Counted from the stretch's first letter, positions 48,422 through 60,981 are shown. The stretch: 64,000 nt of DNA from Camelus ferus (GCF_009834535.1 NC_045697.1:12340001-12404000); one strand, 5' to 3'. A program made the numbers and translations. The notes: generated from the sequence alone by a model not told the origin.

Positions 48422-48950
48422 GGTTGATACCAGTAGTTGGCCAAGAAATTGGCAATAAGATGGGGTTTTGATGCTGTATCATTCACTGCCCAGTGGGCAA
48501 TGAGGATCCCATCACTTGGAGGCAGGAAGAACACAGATAGTCCCTGGCAAAAGGTGGTGGTCCAGTCATGAAAACTTTCATTGATGGTGATTTGGGATAT
48601 ATTCTGGAAGGTAGTGCCCTAATTAGTGTAAAGTACTAGGCATTTGTGAAACATGATGGAAATAGTACGTGAAAGGACAATGGGATTAGGTAGCTATTTC
48701 TGTGTTCTACTGAAGCTCCAGAAAAAGATAATGAAAGACTGAAAATAAATAACAGAAGTCAATTAGAAGTCAAATCTGAAAGACTAAGAGCCTCATTGGG
48801 AGCCTGTAAAGAGGACCGTATCTCTTATAGTGGGAGGGGAGAAAAAGCTGTGGACCAGATCAAAGAGTATTCGAGCTCCAAAGAATGGTTAAACTTCAAA
48901 CCCAAGCATGTCTGCTACACCGACGTCAGGGCCTCAGTTGGAAAAGAATG
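48422..48950 (+). mobile_element. ERVL (HERV16/ERV3-16-like) internal leader and decayed gag fragment
   Basis: Directly follows the LTR; degenerate PBS gttgataccag; translation ...ELQR/WLNFKPKHVCYTDVRASVGKE* resembles the ERVL gag motif ELQR.LN.QP..V...KVRAL.GKEW. Confidence 0.75.
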
Positions 48951-48954
48951 AGTA

Positions 48955-50400
48955 AAGACAAGACAATAGAAAAAGAGCAAGAGACTGAACATGTAATTTC
49001 ACAAAACAGGAAACAAGAACAACTCTTAAATTTGTAAAAAGATGTTAAAACTCATTAGTAATCAGACAATGGATGTTAGAACCACAACTAGATGACATTT
49101 TTCATATCTAATAGTTGGCAATAAAAAATGTGTGGCAAGAACAATTATTGATGAGGACATTAAAGACGAAGCACTTTTAGTTATTGCAGGTGGGACTATA
49201 AATTGATATAACCACTTTGGAGAACAATTTGAGGTTGTGTTATGTGGTTCAAGACAAATGTGGCACTGACTCTGGTGGCTCTCAAAGGTCACTACCTTCT
49301 GGTATTTACACCCTTGTGTAAGTTTCCTCCCCTTGAGTGTGGGAAGGACTTGTGACATGCTTCAATAGTATATTGCAAAAGTGATAGGATGTCACTCCTG
49401 TGAATCAATTCAGATAGAATTCTGACTTCCATGTGGCTGGCAGATGCTCTTTCTTGCTGGTTTTGATAATACAAGCTGCCACATTGTGAGCTGCCTTATG
49501 GTGAAGCCCAAATAACAAGCAGCTGAGGGTGGAAGGCCAGCAAGAAAGTGAAGTCATTGGTCCAACAGCCCACAAGGAACTGAATCCCACCAAAACCCAC
49601 ATGACCTTGGAAGGAGCTTCTTCCCCAGTTAAATGGTCTAATGAGACATCTGCCCTGGCTGGCATCTTAATTGCAGCCTTGTGAAAGACCCTTGAAGCTG
49701 AGGATCCAGCTAAGATGTGTTGGGATTCCTGACCCAACAAACTGAGTAATAAATGTGTGTCTTTTTATGTTGCTAAGTTTCTGTAACATTGTTATACAGT
49801 AACAGATAGCTAACATGTCAAATTTCCACTTGATTATGAACCCCCAGGAAATGCTTACATTACACTTGCTCTCCAAGAGGCATGTACAAGAATATGTGTA
49901 GCAGTATTATTTGTAAAAGTAAAACTAAAAACATTTATATGAGCCCATAGGTAGGATAATAGATAAATACATTTTATCATACTTAAGCAATGGAATTGTA
50001 AAAAGCAACAGAATAAACTACAACTACAGGCATGAACCTGGTGAAATTCACAAACAGTGTTTAGCAAGACAGGTAAGATGCTGAAAAGTACAAACAGAAT
50101 GATTCCATTTAAAGTTCAGACACTGCAAAGCTAAGCAATATATTGATGCACACTTTTGTGAAAGAAAATTAAAATAAAATTGAGGTGGTTATTTTTGGTA
50201 GGGGTATTATAGGTGTTAGTATCTCTATAGGAATTAGGTTGGAGAAAGGACACAGACTCGGCTTAAAAGCTATTGGTAGCATTCTGTTCCTTAAACAGTA
50301 GTGTAGATATCCAGGTTTTTTTTATAATTGCATTTTATAAATTAATGTATATTTTATATCTGTTATTTTGCCTGAATGAAATACTGCACAATAAAAGTTG
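48955..50400 (+). mobile_element. L1ME-like 3' region, split by an MLT1
   Basis: ctcattagtaatcaga; tataaattgatataaccactttggagaacaattt; tgtacaagaatatgtgtagcagtattatttgtaa. Confidence 0.75.
49258..49815 (+). mobile_element. MLT1 (E/F/G-like) LTR
   Basis: cccttgagtgtgggaaggacttgtgac; cccacaaggaactgaatcc; tcctgacccaacaaactgagtaataaatgtgtgt. Confidence 0.85.
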
Positions 50401-50649
50401 ATCCAAGACAGTTTCTATCCTGAAATTTTTTATAGAGAACTACATTGTGATGAGCCTTTCATTTGGCTTATCTGAAAAATGTCCTAAATACTGCAAAACC
50501 TTGGTACATTCTTGACTGTCCTGTCAGGTACTTCATTGATAGTAGATACTTTTATCTTCTAGCTTAGAGATTGGGCATGGGAACATAGCATCTCCAAGAC
50601 TTTTACAGGGCTTTTCTGGATTATCTGTAGTTCTCTCTTCCTGAAACCA

Positions 50650-51090
50650 TTACCGAAAAGGAGAAAAATGAAGAGAATGCAACATATGTCTAATTGGAGT
50701 TCAGGGCAGAGAGAATTGGAGAGAGGTCATATAAAAGGGATAATGGCTAGGGATTTCCCACACTTGAAAGACATGAATTCTTGGATTCAGGAAATAGAAA
50801 AAAATCCCAGTCAAGTTAAGTAAGACTCAATCTTTCATAATGAAATTATAGGATGCCAGAGAAAAAAGACCTGAAAAGTAAGCAGAAAGAAACATCAGAT
50901 TACTTAGAGAGGAAATATTATTAGAATAGGAACTGTTTCTTGGGAGTAACAATAGAAACTGTAAGAGAACAATATCTTTTCAAAGGAGAATCTTCAAGAT
51001 TCCTGAAGAAAGGGATATTATATATTGTTAGTTTAATTATATACATAAGTTAAAAAGCTTCCAGTACAAAACTCTGGAATGAAGACTCAG
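50650..51090 (+). mobile_element. HAL1 or old L1M ORF1 remnant
   Basis: caacatatgtctaattggagttc...ataatggctagggatttccca...gacatgaattcttggattcagg. Confidence 0.6.
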
Positions 51091-51136
51091 AGACTGTTTG
51101 ACATTTGTGACCAATTATTTAAGATTTTTAGAGCAG

Positions 51137-51617
51137 CGTATTATTTGCTATTATAACAAGTTACCACAAATTTAGTGGCTTAACACAACACAAATTTATT
51201 ATCTCACAGTTCTGGGGGATAGAAGTCTAAAATGTTTCAGTTAAGGTCAAGGTGATGGTAGGCCTTCTGGAGACTGTGAGAGAATCTGTTTCTTTCCTAC
51301 TTCCCAGCTTGCAGAGGCTGCCTGCATTCCTTGGGCCATGGTCTCTTCCTCTAACTTCAAAGCCAGCAGTGGCTGGTTGAGATTTTTTCATGCTGTATCA
51401 CTTTGACACTCCTTTTCTATAGTCAGATGTCATTCTGTCTCCCTCTTATAAGAACATTTGTTTTTATATTGGTCTTCCCTGGATAATCCAGGATAATCTC
51501 TCATCTCAAAATCCTTAATGTAATCACTTCTGCAAAGCCTCTTTTATCATTTAAGTAACATTTTCACAGGTCCTAAGATGTTGACCTCTTTGGGGGACCA
51601 TTATTCGGCCTACCACA
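51137..51617 (-). mobile_element. MLT1C-like LTR
   Basis: taacaagttaccacaaatttagtggcttaacacaacacaaatttattatctcacagttctgg...ggataatccaggataatctc...cctaccaca. Confidence 0.9.
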
Positions 51618-54600
51618 GCAGAAAGAAACCTTCAAGATCATTATATTAAGTGTAGTTATATTATAATGTGAAAAATGCTAGATTGGCAAGGAATCTGGTG
51701 GCATTCATTTTGCCTTGTCACTAACAACCAGAGTGACCTTAAGCAGGTCCCTTCATCAATCTAGACCTCTAATTCTTCCTTCTTTCCTTCAGACATTAAC
51801 TCAAGAATTATTTCTTGACTATTCCCTATATACCAGGTGTTATTGTAGGTTCTGTAAAGTGGAACATTTTTCTGATTCTAAAATAATAGGAAATAATGTG
51901 CTTAAAACATCTAGTAAAATGCCTGGCATAAAGTGAGAATTTAATAAATTAAAACCATTATTATTAATAACATGGATTGGAATAGAAAACTAACATATTT
52001 AAATTGCAACTATATCTTCAGAAGTTGAATTTAAGAGAGCAAATATTGAACCACAGAGTATTTGTTTAATGCCTACCATGTACATTGTGCTGGGTATCAG
52101 CAATACAAAGATGAGTAAGCCCCTGGTCCCTGACCCTGAAGAGGAGTATGATCACGAGTAACTCTGTACAAGGTAGAGCACCATCAGTTCTGTGATGGAG
52201 GAACAGAAGAGTCCTAGGAACACAGAGATGGAACCAAAGAAACAGCACCTTAGACTGACTCCCAATGTCAGAATTCTCGTCCTTACAAAATGAATCAGTC
52301 TTAGGAAAGAGCAGACAAGTTGGGGGCTCCACATTCTCGTTATCTTCTGTGTTCTTACCACTTCTAAGCCTCACCTCCTCTGACTCCTCCGTTACCACCC
52401 TGCTCCCGTGTGTGGAATTACCTTCCTTTTGCGCTGTTCCTCTCTCTGTATGGTCTGTGATCAGGAGGTCACTTTGGCCTTTGCGGTTTAGATCCACTTG
52501 ACTACGGTCCTGTTTTCACATTCCCTGGGAAGCCCAGTGCCCTCGCCATGAGGTATTCCTTCTGTGGTGCCTCTGGCTCTGAACTCTTTCCTCATCTGAA
52601 CTCTGTGTCATTTTGCCTCATATTCCACAGTGATCTTTCTCATCTTTTCTGTGACACACTGTGTGCGACTTTGGTTTTGTTTTTCCCCCATGGATTTTCT
52701 GTAAACTCAAGGCATTTGTGCATGAAATGGTTGGCAGTTTAGAGGGGTAAAGAGACTTTAGTTTGTAGCAATGCAAACAAGTCAAAATGGACTATTACTC
52801 ATTTCTGATTTTGAGTTCTTTGGCACATCTAGCTTAGGAATTTCTCATTGATCGAGTTGCTGTTTGTGTTTTTCTGTTCTCTCTTCTCTGCTTTTCAATA
52901 GCACCTACATTTCTGCTTGTTTCTAAGGCAGAGAAGATCAGCATTCTCAGTATCTTCTTCCAAGTTATCCTCTCAAGGTCTTTTCTTCTTTGGGCAAGTT
53001 TTGTCAGAACGCTTTCCTAACCAAAGACAGTTCTCTCCCTAAGAAAAAGCTGATATTAGCCACTCATTCATCAACATTAACTCACATGTCACTGCTTTTT
53101 GGTAAATCTTCTTTTATCTTCCTATGCAATTTATATGTCCCTCCACTATGTACTCCTAGCTTATAGCACTTATTATACCATAATTATTTCCTTCTGTTTC
53201 TGTCTTTCCCATCTAACTTGTGAGCATCATTAGGGAGGAACCAAATCTTATTTTTTGTAAAATCCATGTGCTATTTATGCCTAGTCCAGAGTGAGTGTCA
53301 GCTGATGATTATTGAAAGACTGTATGCCTGCAGGATCAAAGTAGTACCTTAAAATGATTAGAGGGCCCACAGAATTGGCCTGATTCCTCTTGTTAAAACT
53401 CAGAGTTCCTAAATTTAGGGCTGGCTCAGGTGGGAAGTCTTGCTTATTCTTTTTATCCTTTAGCCCATTTGTATTTTTAATAAACATAGGTGTCATCAGC
53501 TTTATATGTGTTATCTCACACCATCCTTAAAACAATTCAGTTATGTAGCATTAATATCCCTGCTTTTAAGATATCAAAGTTGAGATTAAAGGACTTGCTT
53601 AAGGTCATGTAGTTACAGAATGTTAGGACCAGGATTCAAACCCAAGCTTGTCTCTAAAGCTCAGGCTCATTTCACTGCATCACACTCTTCATGTGCCTGA
53701 GCTCTGCAGCTTTGTTGTGACCACGTGGCTTCCTTGGGGGAGTAGACTGAGGAACAAGGTGGCTCAGTTGTGATTTCAGCAGGAGGTTGGTGCCACGATG
53801 TTCAAGAACTCCTGATGACTGCTACTGTCAAGATGATCTGTGACCACTTTGAAGAAAGGCCAGGCTGCTGGTTTAGCAGAACATTGCTTTTTCTTAAAAC
53901 AACATAGCAAGCCTAGTTGTTTCAAGTGGTGCTTTGGCCTGTCTTTACAGCTTTCCTTCAGTCTGCTTTACTCATGCTTCCCATTCTTGCCTAGAGTTCA
54001 GTGATGTTTTACACATCCTATAGTGGCCAGTGCAACATTGGGTCCCACCTACCTGGACGATATTGGTAGTTTTTTTTCACTGGCAAATGCTCCTGCTGTA
54101 TTGACTATACTAGAGGGGATCTTAGCTAATGTTTTGTGATACTAATAAAGTTGTTCTTGCTTGAATGATTGGAGCTGCTCTGTTGGAAGATTGATCTGAT
54201 AGCCTTGAAATGGATAGATGGGAATAGGAGAGATAGCAGGTAGACAAACCAATTAGAACATTAAAATTGTCTGAGAGGGAAAAGATCAGAGCCTCAACCA
54301 GAGTAGCAGTAGAGAAATAAAGTAAACTGCAAATGCAAAAGACACTGGGGAAGTAACTGAGGTGAAAATTGAGGCAGTTCCAAATGTCCTAGGCATACAG
54401 AAGTCAGAGCATTGCTACTTCCTCTTAACTCTTTGGTCTCAAATTTGATGGAGCATAAATTCAGTTTAATTCAACAAGTATTTGTTAAGCACATGCTATC
54501 TGCCAGCCATTCTGCTAGAAGTTGTGAGACCTGCCATCGAACATCTTATACTTTAGTAGGTGATATAGGTAACATGGTGAAATATGGTTCATTGAATTCT

Positions 54601-54974
54601 GCGATTTGGGGAAAAGTTTCACGAGATTGTTGGCCATTAAGATGAGTTTGAAAGATGGATGTAGTTTTTTAACAGGTAATGATAGGGAGGAGAGAGAAGG
54701 TATTCCAGATGGAAAGATTGTATGGGGGCACAAAAGGTGTCAAATTTGGAGTAAATTTGTCCATAGGAGATAAAACTGGAATTTAGGCTTCAGTCAAGTT
54801 TGTCAGGTGAAGAATTTCATTCCATTAAATATTTGCTAGTTAAAACTGGATCAAGTTTTTTTTAAAAGACGAGAACAGGATTGTGAATTTAGAGAATATG
54901 GTCACTGAGATGATAAGCAAATAAGGAGAGTATCAACCAAAGTGAAAGTGGAAGAAATGGAAACAAAATTTAAA

Positions 54975-55026
54975 AAATAATAACACCTTCAGAGTACTTA
55001 CTAAAGGTTGTTCTTCTAAGCACTTT
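54975..55026 (-). mobile_element. MIR, left piece; continues at 57777-57945
   Basis: aataataac..gagtacttacta..ttctaagcacttt, continuing as aatcc..accccatgaggtgagactattattatc..gagatttgaacc after the insertion. Confidence 0.7.
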
Positions 55027-55059
55027 TTAAAAATTGATTAATTTATGTTTTTTTACCAG

Positions 55060-55485
55060 GTCCCAGTCATGTATATACATACAAATACTTGTTTTCATAT
55101 TCTTTTTCATTAAAGGTTATTACAAGATACTGAATATAGTTCTCTATGGTATACAGAATAAACTGGTTTTTTTAAAATCTATTTTTATATATAGTAGCTA
55201 ACATTTGCAAATCTCAAACACCCAAATTTATCCCTCTGACTCCCTTTCTCCTGATAACCATAAGATTGTTTACTATGCGAGTTTCTTTCTGTTTTGTAGA
55301 TGAGTTCATTAGTGTCCTCTTTTTTTTTCTTCTTTTTTCTTTTTTTTTAGATTCCATGTATGAGTGATACCATATGGTATTTGTCTGTCTCTTTCTGGCT
55401 TATTTCACTTAGAATGACAATCTCTAGGTCCATCCATGTTGCTGCAAATAGCATTATTTTATTCTTTTTTTAATGGTTGAATAGT
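55060..55485 (-). mobile_element. L1 3' UTR fragment (camelid-like), lacking its terminal polyA-signal segment
   Basis: tcccagtcatgtatatacat...taaaggttattacaagatactgaatatagtt...cacttagaatgacaatctctaggtccatccatgttgctgcaaat. Confidence 0.85.
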
Positions 55486-55721
55486 CCAGTTATATTCAGT
55501 CAATATTTTTATGTAGTAATGTAGACTCTTTGGTATTTGTTGAAGTTAATTCTGTGGATGCTTGAAAAGAATGTGTATTCCTTTGTTTATATGTTCATTA
55601 TATGAGGCCTGTTAATAGTGTTAAAATCTTTCATATTCTTACTAATTCTCATTGAGAGAGATATATTAAAATCTGCCACTTTAATTATAAATTTTTTAGT
55701 TTTTTTTGAGGTAAGTGGCTG

Positions 55722-56316
55722 TTTTTTTCCTTTCTTTTCCTTTTTCAGTTTTATTGGTAGAATTATTACAGTTCAACTGCACATATACATTATATTGCAT
55801 GCAAATACATATAAACAGTATACTGCACATTTTTTTAGTATACATATACATACTGATCATTGTTTCTAAGAACAGATAAGAGCTTTAGCTTTTTAAACTT
55901 ACATAATTATCAAAGGAATAAAGCCAACTACAAAATAAGAATCAACGGAATGTGGTAATCCAATCATAAAGGACAGTCAAATGTGTTTACACATATTCAG
56001 AAATCAGTCATCTAAGGTAGAAATAATAATTAGTTCATTTGTGTCCTTACTATTATTTTTTTTGATTCCTCATATAAATGATGTCATATGGCATTTTTCT
56101 TTCTCTTTCTGGCCCACTTCACTTAGAACGATGATCTTCAGGTCCATCCAAATTGCTGCAAATGGCATTATTGTATTCTTTTTTATGACTCAGTAGTGTT
56201 CCATTGTATATATGTACCACATCTTTTTTATCCAGTCATCTGTTAATGGACATTTGGGTTGTTTCCATGTCTTGGCTATTGTAAATAGTGCTGCTATGAA
56301 GACTGGGGTGCATGTC
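55722..56316 (-). mobile_element. L1 3' end with a replaced distal 3' UTR (55746-56030) and degenerate polyA tail
   Basis: T-tract 55722-55745; minus-strand AATAAA 55750-55755; L1 sequence from 56031 to ...gactggggtgcatgt. Confidence 0.85.
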
Positions 56317-57777
56317 CCAGAAAACTACTAGAATTCATCAATGAATATGGTAAAGTTGGAGGATACAAAATTAGTATACAGAAATCAGTTGCATTTCTAT
56401 ACACTAACAATGAAATAGCAGAAAGATAAATTAAGGAAACAATACCATTTACCATCGTGCCAAAAAGAGTAAAATACCTAGGAATAAACCTACTGAAGGA
56501 GGCAAAAGACCTGTATGCCAAAAACCATAGGACACTGATGAAGGAAACTGAAGATGACATAAACAAATGGAAAGATATAACATGTTCTTGGATTGGAAGA
56601 ATCAATATTGTTAAAATGGCCTTACTATCCAAGGCAATTTACGGATTCAGTGCAGTCCCTATCAAATTACCAATGACATTCTTCACAGAGCTGGAACAAA
56701 AAATGTTAAAATTTGTATGGAAACACAAAAGACCCCAAATAGCCAAAACAATCTTGAAAAAGAAGAATGGACCTGGGGGAATCATCCTCCCTGACTTCAG
56801 ACTACACTACAAAGCTATAGTAATCCAAACAGTATGGTCCTGGCACAAAAACAGACACATAGATCAATGGAATAGGATAGAAAGTCCAGAAATAAACCCA
56901 CGCATGTATGGTCAATTAATCTATGACAAAGAAGGCAAGAATAGACAATGGAGAAAAAACAGTGTCTTCAATAAACAGTGCTGGGAAAACTGGACAGCTA
57001 CCTGTAAAAGACTGAAATTGGAACATTCTCTAACACTATGTACAAAAATAAACTCAAAATGGATTAAAGACGTAAATGTAAGACCGGATACTATAAAACT
57101 CCTAGAGGATAACATAAACAGAACACTCACGGGCATACATTACAGCAATATATTTTTTGAACTAGCTGCTGGAGTGATGGAAATGGGATCTAATTAAAAG
57201 CTTGTGCACACTTAAGGATACCATCAACAAAATGAAAAGACTACCTACAGAATGGGAGAAAGTATTTGCAAGTGATGCAGCTGATAAGGGGCTAATTTCC
57301 AAAATATACAAACAGCTCATACACCTTAATATCAAAGAAACAAGCAACCCAATCCAAAAATGGGCAGAAGACCTAAACAAGCATTCCCCAATGAAGACAT
57401 ATAAATGACCAATAGGCACATGAAAAAATGCTCAACATCGCTAATTGTCAGAGAAATGCAGATCAAAACTACAATGAGACATCACCTCACACCAGCCAGA
57501 ATGGCAACCATTGAAAAGTCTACAAATGATAGAAGCTAGAAAGGGTGTGGAGAAAAGGGAACACTCCTACACTGTTGGTGGGAATGTAGATTGGTGCAGC
57601 CACTATGGAGGACAGTATGGAGGTTCCTTAAAAAACTGAAAATAGACTTACTGTGTGACCCAGCATCCCACTCCTGACCATATATCCAGAGAAAAATAAA
57701 ATTAAAAAAGACACAAAGACAAAAAGTCACCCCAGTGTTCACAGCAGCACTATTTACAATAGCCAAGACATGGAAAC
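56317..57777 (+). mobile_element. Inverted L1 ORF2 segment (twin-priming partner of 55722-56316)
   Basis: ORF 56457-57197 ([37 protein letters not shown]) is L1 ORF2; the segment ends at the same L1 position where the minus piece begins. Confidence 0.95.
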
Positions 57778-59089
57778 TTCCAAGCACTTTGTATACGCTA
57801 ATCCAAGAACCCCATGAGGTGAGACTATTATTATCTTTACAGTAAGGTTAAAAATCTGGCCTAAGTTCATTCCACTGAGAATGGCTGAGATTTGAACCTT
57901 GGCAATATTGGTTCTAAAGCTTCTGTTTTCATTGTTATAACACTTTGAATGTTGTAGAGGAGAGTTTGGTTAGCTTGAGTTTCTATATTAGTTTTGCTGT
58001 TAACATTTGTGCAGGCAGGAAGATACTGAAGAATGATTCAGCATATGAATCTGGAATCAGATAGTTTGGGTTTACATTCTAGCTCAGCTAGTTTTCTTAG
58101 CTGTCTGATCCTTAGTTTTTCTACCTGTAAAATGGGGATTTGTTTAATACTTAACTCCTAGAGTTGTTGTGAAAATGATTGCAGATAATCTGGTGAAGTA
58201 CTTGCTGGAAAATTGCTCAATAGATTTTAGCCATAATTATTTTTGTGTTCTGAACCTGTTTTTCAAAGCTTCACTCCATTCACAGATACCTAATTGATCT
58301 TTCTGTTGTCTTTGTGTTTCAATTCCACAGCATCCTTAGCAGTTGTGTTTCATTGAGAGCTGCATTGTTCAGTACAAGCCCTACACTGCTTTTGAAGCAC
58401 TATGGTCTTTGATTTATTGTGACTCTGTTGTACATTTAACCTTTGTGGGTTTCAGGTGGCTGCTCTAAGAGGAAACATTGCTTACTCTTCCACAAAAGAC
58501 TCAGTTAACTGGAATGTAGTCAAGGTGTTTTAATCCTGGATAAGGATAGAATCAGAAGGGTTATGAAAGTGGTAGGAGACTTTGATTCCAATTAAGAGGG
58601 AATGACAGGTGGATTGGTCTCCCTCATTTAGGGTTACAGGCCTACAGGAAGAAAGACACTGATTAGGAGGGAGATGAGGACTGGTTATGGTTAGGAGCTT
58701 TGGACAGTGACAAGAGGCTTTGGAGCCACGTAAAGCTGAGTTTGAGTTCTCGCTTTGTGCTTCCTTTGTGAGCCTGTGACTTGCTCTTCCTGAGCCTCAG
58801 TGTCCCTTTTTTTTTAAAATCATGAGGGTAATTATAACCTCATGAGCTTACTGTGAGGATTAAATGAGATAAAGCATAGTGGGTCCAAAACAGAGTAGAT
58901 ACTTAAAAAGTGCTAAAATTGATTTCTGTGTTTAGGCTCTCGAATGAGGAAGGCAAGTACCATTGTGTTTCTTCAGTTTTTCTGAATGACTCCAAAGCCA
59001 TAACTTTGTCCACTGAAATGGGAGACAAGTCTGAAAGCCATTCCTGTTTAAAGGTACCTAGAATCACTGAGGCCATTCCTCTTAATTTC

Positions 59090-59580
59090 AATTAAAAAGT
59101 CATCTTGCAGAGATAGAACAATTACCTCCTAGCCAAGTGACCATCCTGGTGCCACTAACTGTGAGGATACCCTGAGGTCATGGGTCTCTTGGTGTGATAC
59201 AGTAGTTCACAGCATTGCCTAGGAAGTGCTCTTACTAAAAAGTTTAACCTGAATCTAATCAAGTGTCTGTACCCTAACTTCCAGTTTACATGAGATGCAG
59301 AGGATAGGAGATCAAGATACATGACATTGTAAGGAAACAGTCCAGAATGTGGGACTTTCTATAAGACAACTGGTCTGGACTCTTTAGAAAGTCAATGTCA
59401 TAATTAAAGAAAAGGGAGAGAGACTGTTTTAGGTTGAGAGATCATAGATTAACAATTAAACACAGGATATGGGCCTACACAGGGTCCTGAAGTGGAAAAT
59501 AAAGGAAAACAGGTGTAAAATACATTTTTGAGACAGTTGGTGAAATTTGAATAATTACAAATTGAATGTTGAAAAAAATG
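59090..59580 (+). mobile_element. L1MC4/L1ME4-like 3' end fragment
   Basis: tttaacctgaatctaatcaag; ccagaatgtgggactttctataagacaactgg; aagtcaatgtcat. Confidence 0.7.
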
Positions 59581-60914
59581 CTTGACATTCCACCTTCCCA
59601 TCCCCCTGCCATCCCTCATTTCCCCTACCTCCCCCACTTCTGCTCCTGTATTTTGAATCATTTAGTTGGTGTGTGATGGGACCAGGGGATCAGTATCTAG
59701 TAAAAATTCCCCAGGTGATTTTAATGATAGCTACAGCCATAAAATAACTCTTGTACCTGTGCACCAGGAGACACGAGATAGTTCATAGCAGCACCACTTG
59801 CAATGTCACAAAATGAAAACCACCCACATGCCCATCAACAGTAGAATGGATAAATTGTGCTGCTTGTAACAAAGGAAAATGATTGGCCTAATGCTTATGA
59901 ATACCTGATAGTCAACTTCCTGGTCTCCTTGAGTTGAATTTCCAATTTCCATTTTAACTTACCTTCTTCTAGCCCAACATTAGTTGTGTATTATAATAAG
60001 GACATTCCTAGATGTTGCTTCAGGAGCTGATCTCTACCCTTTATTTCTGCAGATTTCACTCACTGGTTATCAGCTTCTCTAGGGTGAATTTTGCCATTCT
60101 GTTGAGATATATAATTCCCAGCTTCCAGTTTGTGGTTTTTGGAGAACGGGAAGTGGCTTGCTTCTTTAAAAGCCATTTGCAGTAGTCTGCCCGGAATTTA
60201 CAATTTTATGACCTATTCTGTCAGTCCATGCGATGTTGCCCCATCTGAATTTAGCTAACTGAGCTAATGCACAATTAGCGTCTCTATCCACTCACACCTT
60301 TGCCTCCCTAAGGAGTTGGGAATGACGTCTTCACAGTGTGTACTGGGAAGGAAGACATATCTGGAATGACTTTTTGAGCTGATATTTCCTTTCTCTTCCC
60401 TGTAAACTCCCACTTTGCTATTTTTGTTATCATTTTTTAAAGGTTTTGTTATAGCTGATGGAAATGTTATTATTTAATAAACTTATCAGATTTGCAGTTC
60501 CTCGTAAGCACATGTTCCCAGCATTTTGATCTTTGCTATTAACTTAATTAACTGGGCCACTCCTAGTGAAACTAACAGTGTTATTTTATTTCTTACTGTT
60601 GAGGTGTCTTAATGACTCATCAGCAGGGTATGAATGTTCATTTTCATCCAACAAGAACTGATGCACCTTTCACAGTTTATTAATTTTAAGATTCCCTGGA
60701 TTAAAATCATCTTGTGAGGGTTAGAAGCCTCTTAAAAATTGTAATGCACTTATTTGGTTTACAATAATTGGAGCCCATGTTTGTTTTGACAAAGGGAGGT
60801 ATATTAGTCCATGAAGGGATGATGTTGTGTGATTGAGGTAAACACCTTTGTGAACTTCTAAGATAATTCCAGAAGCTGTCACTAATTACAAATCTGAGAT
60901 TCAGGTGCACTTAC

Positions 60915-60981
60915 CTCGATGATCTGTGATAAGAACCTTTATATTTCATATTTAAAACATTGCAGGTGATAATATTGTGAC
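60915..60981 (-). other. Candidate 67-nt exon
   Basis: Minus strand ttctacatttaatgctcttttag|GTCACA...ATCGAG|gtaagt; an internal acceptor would give a 9-nt ATCATCGAG microexon. Confidence 0.25.

Noticed and set aside
56457..57197. Longest ORF (246 aa) as a functional gene
   Set aside because: It is an internal L1 ORF2 fragment with a GTG start, ends in a deletion-induced frameshift, and lies in an inverted truncated copy.
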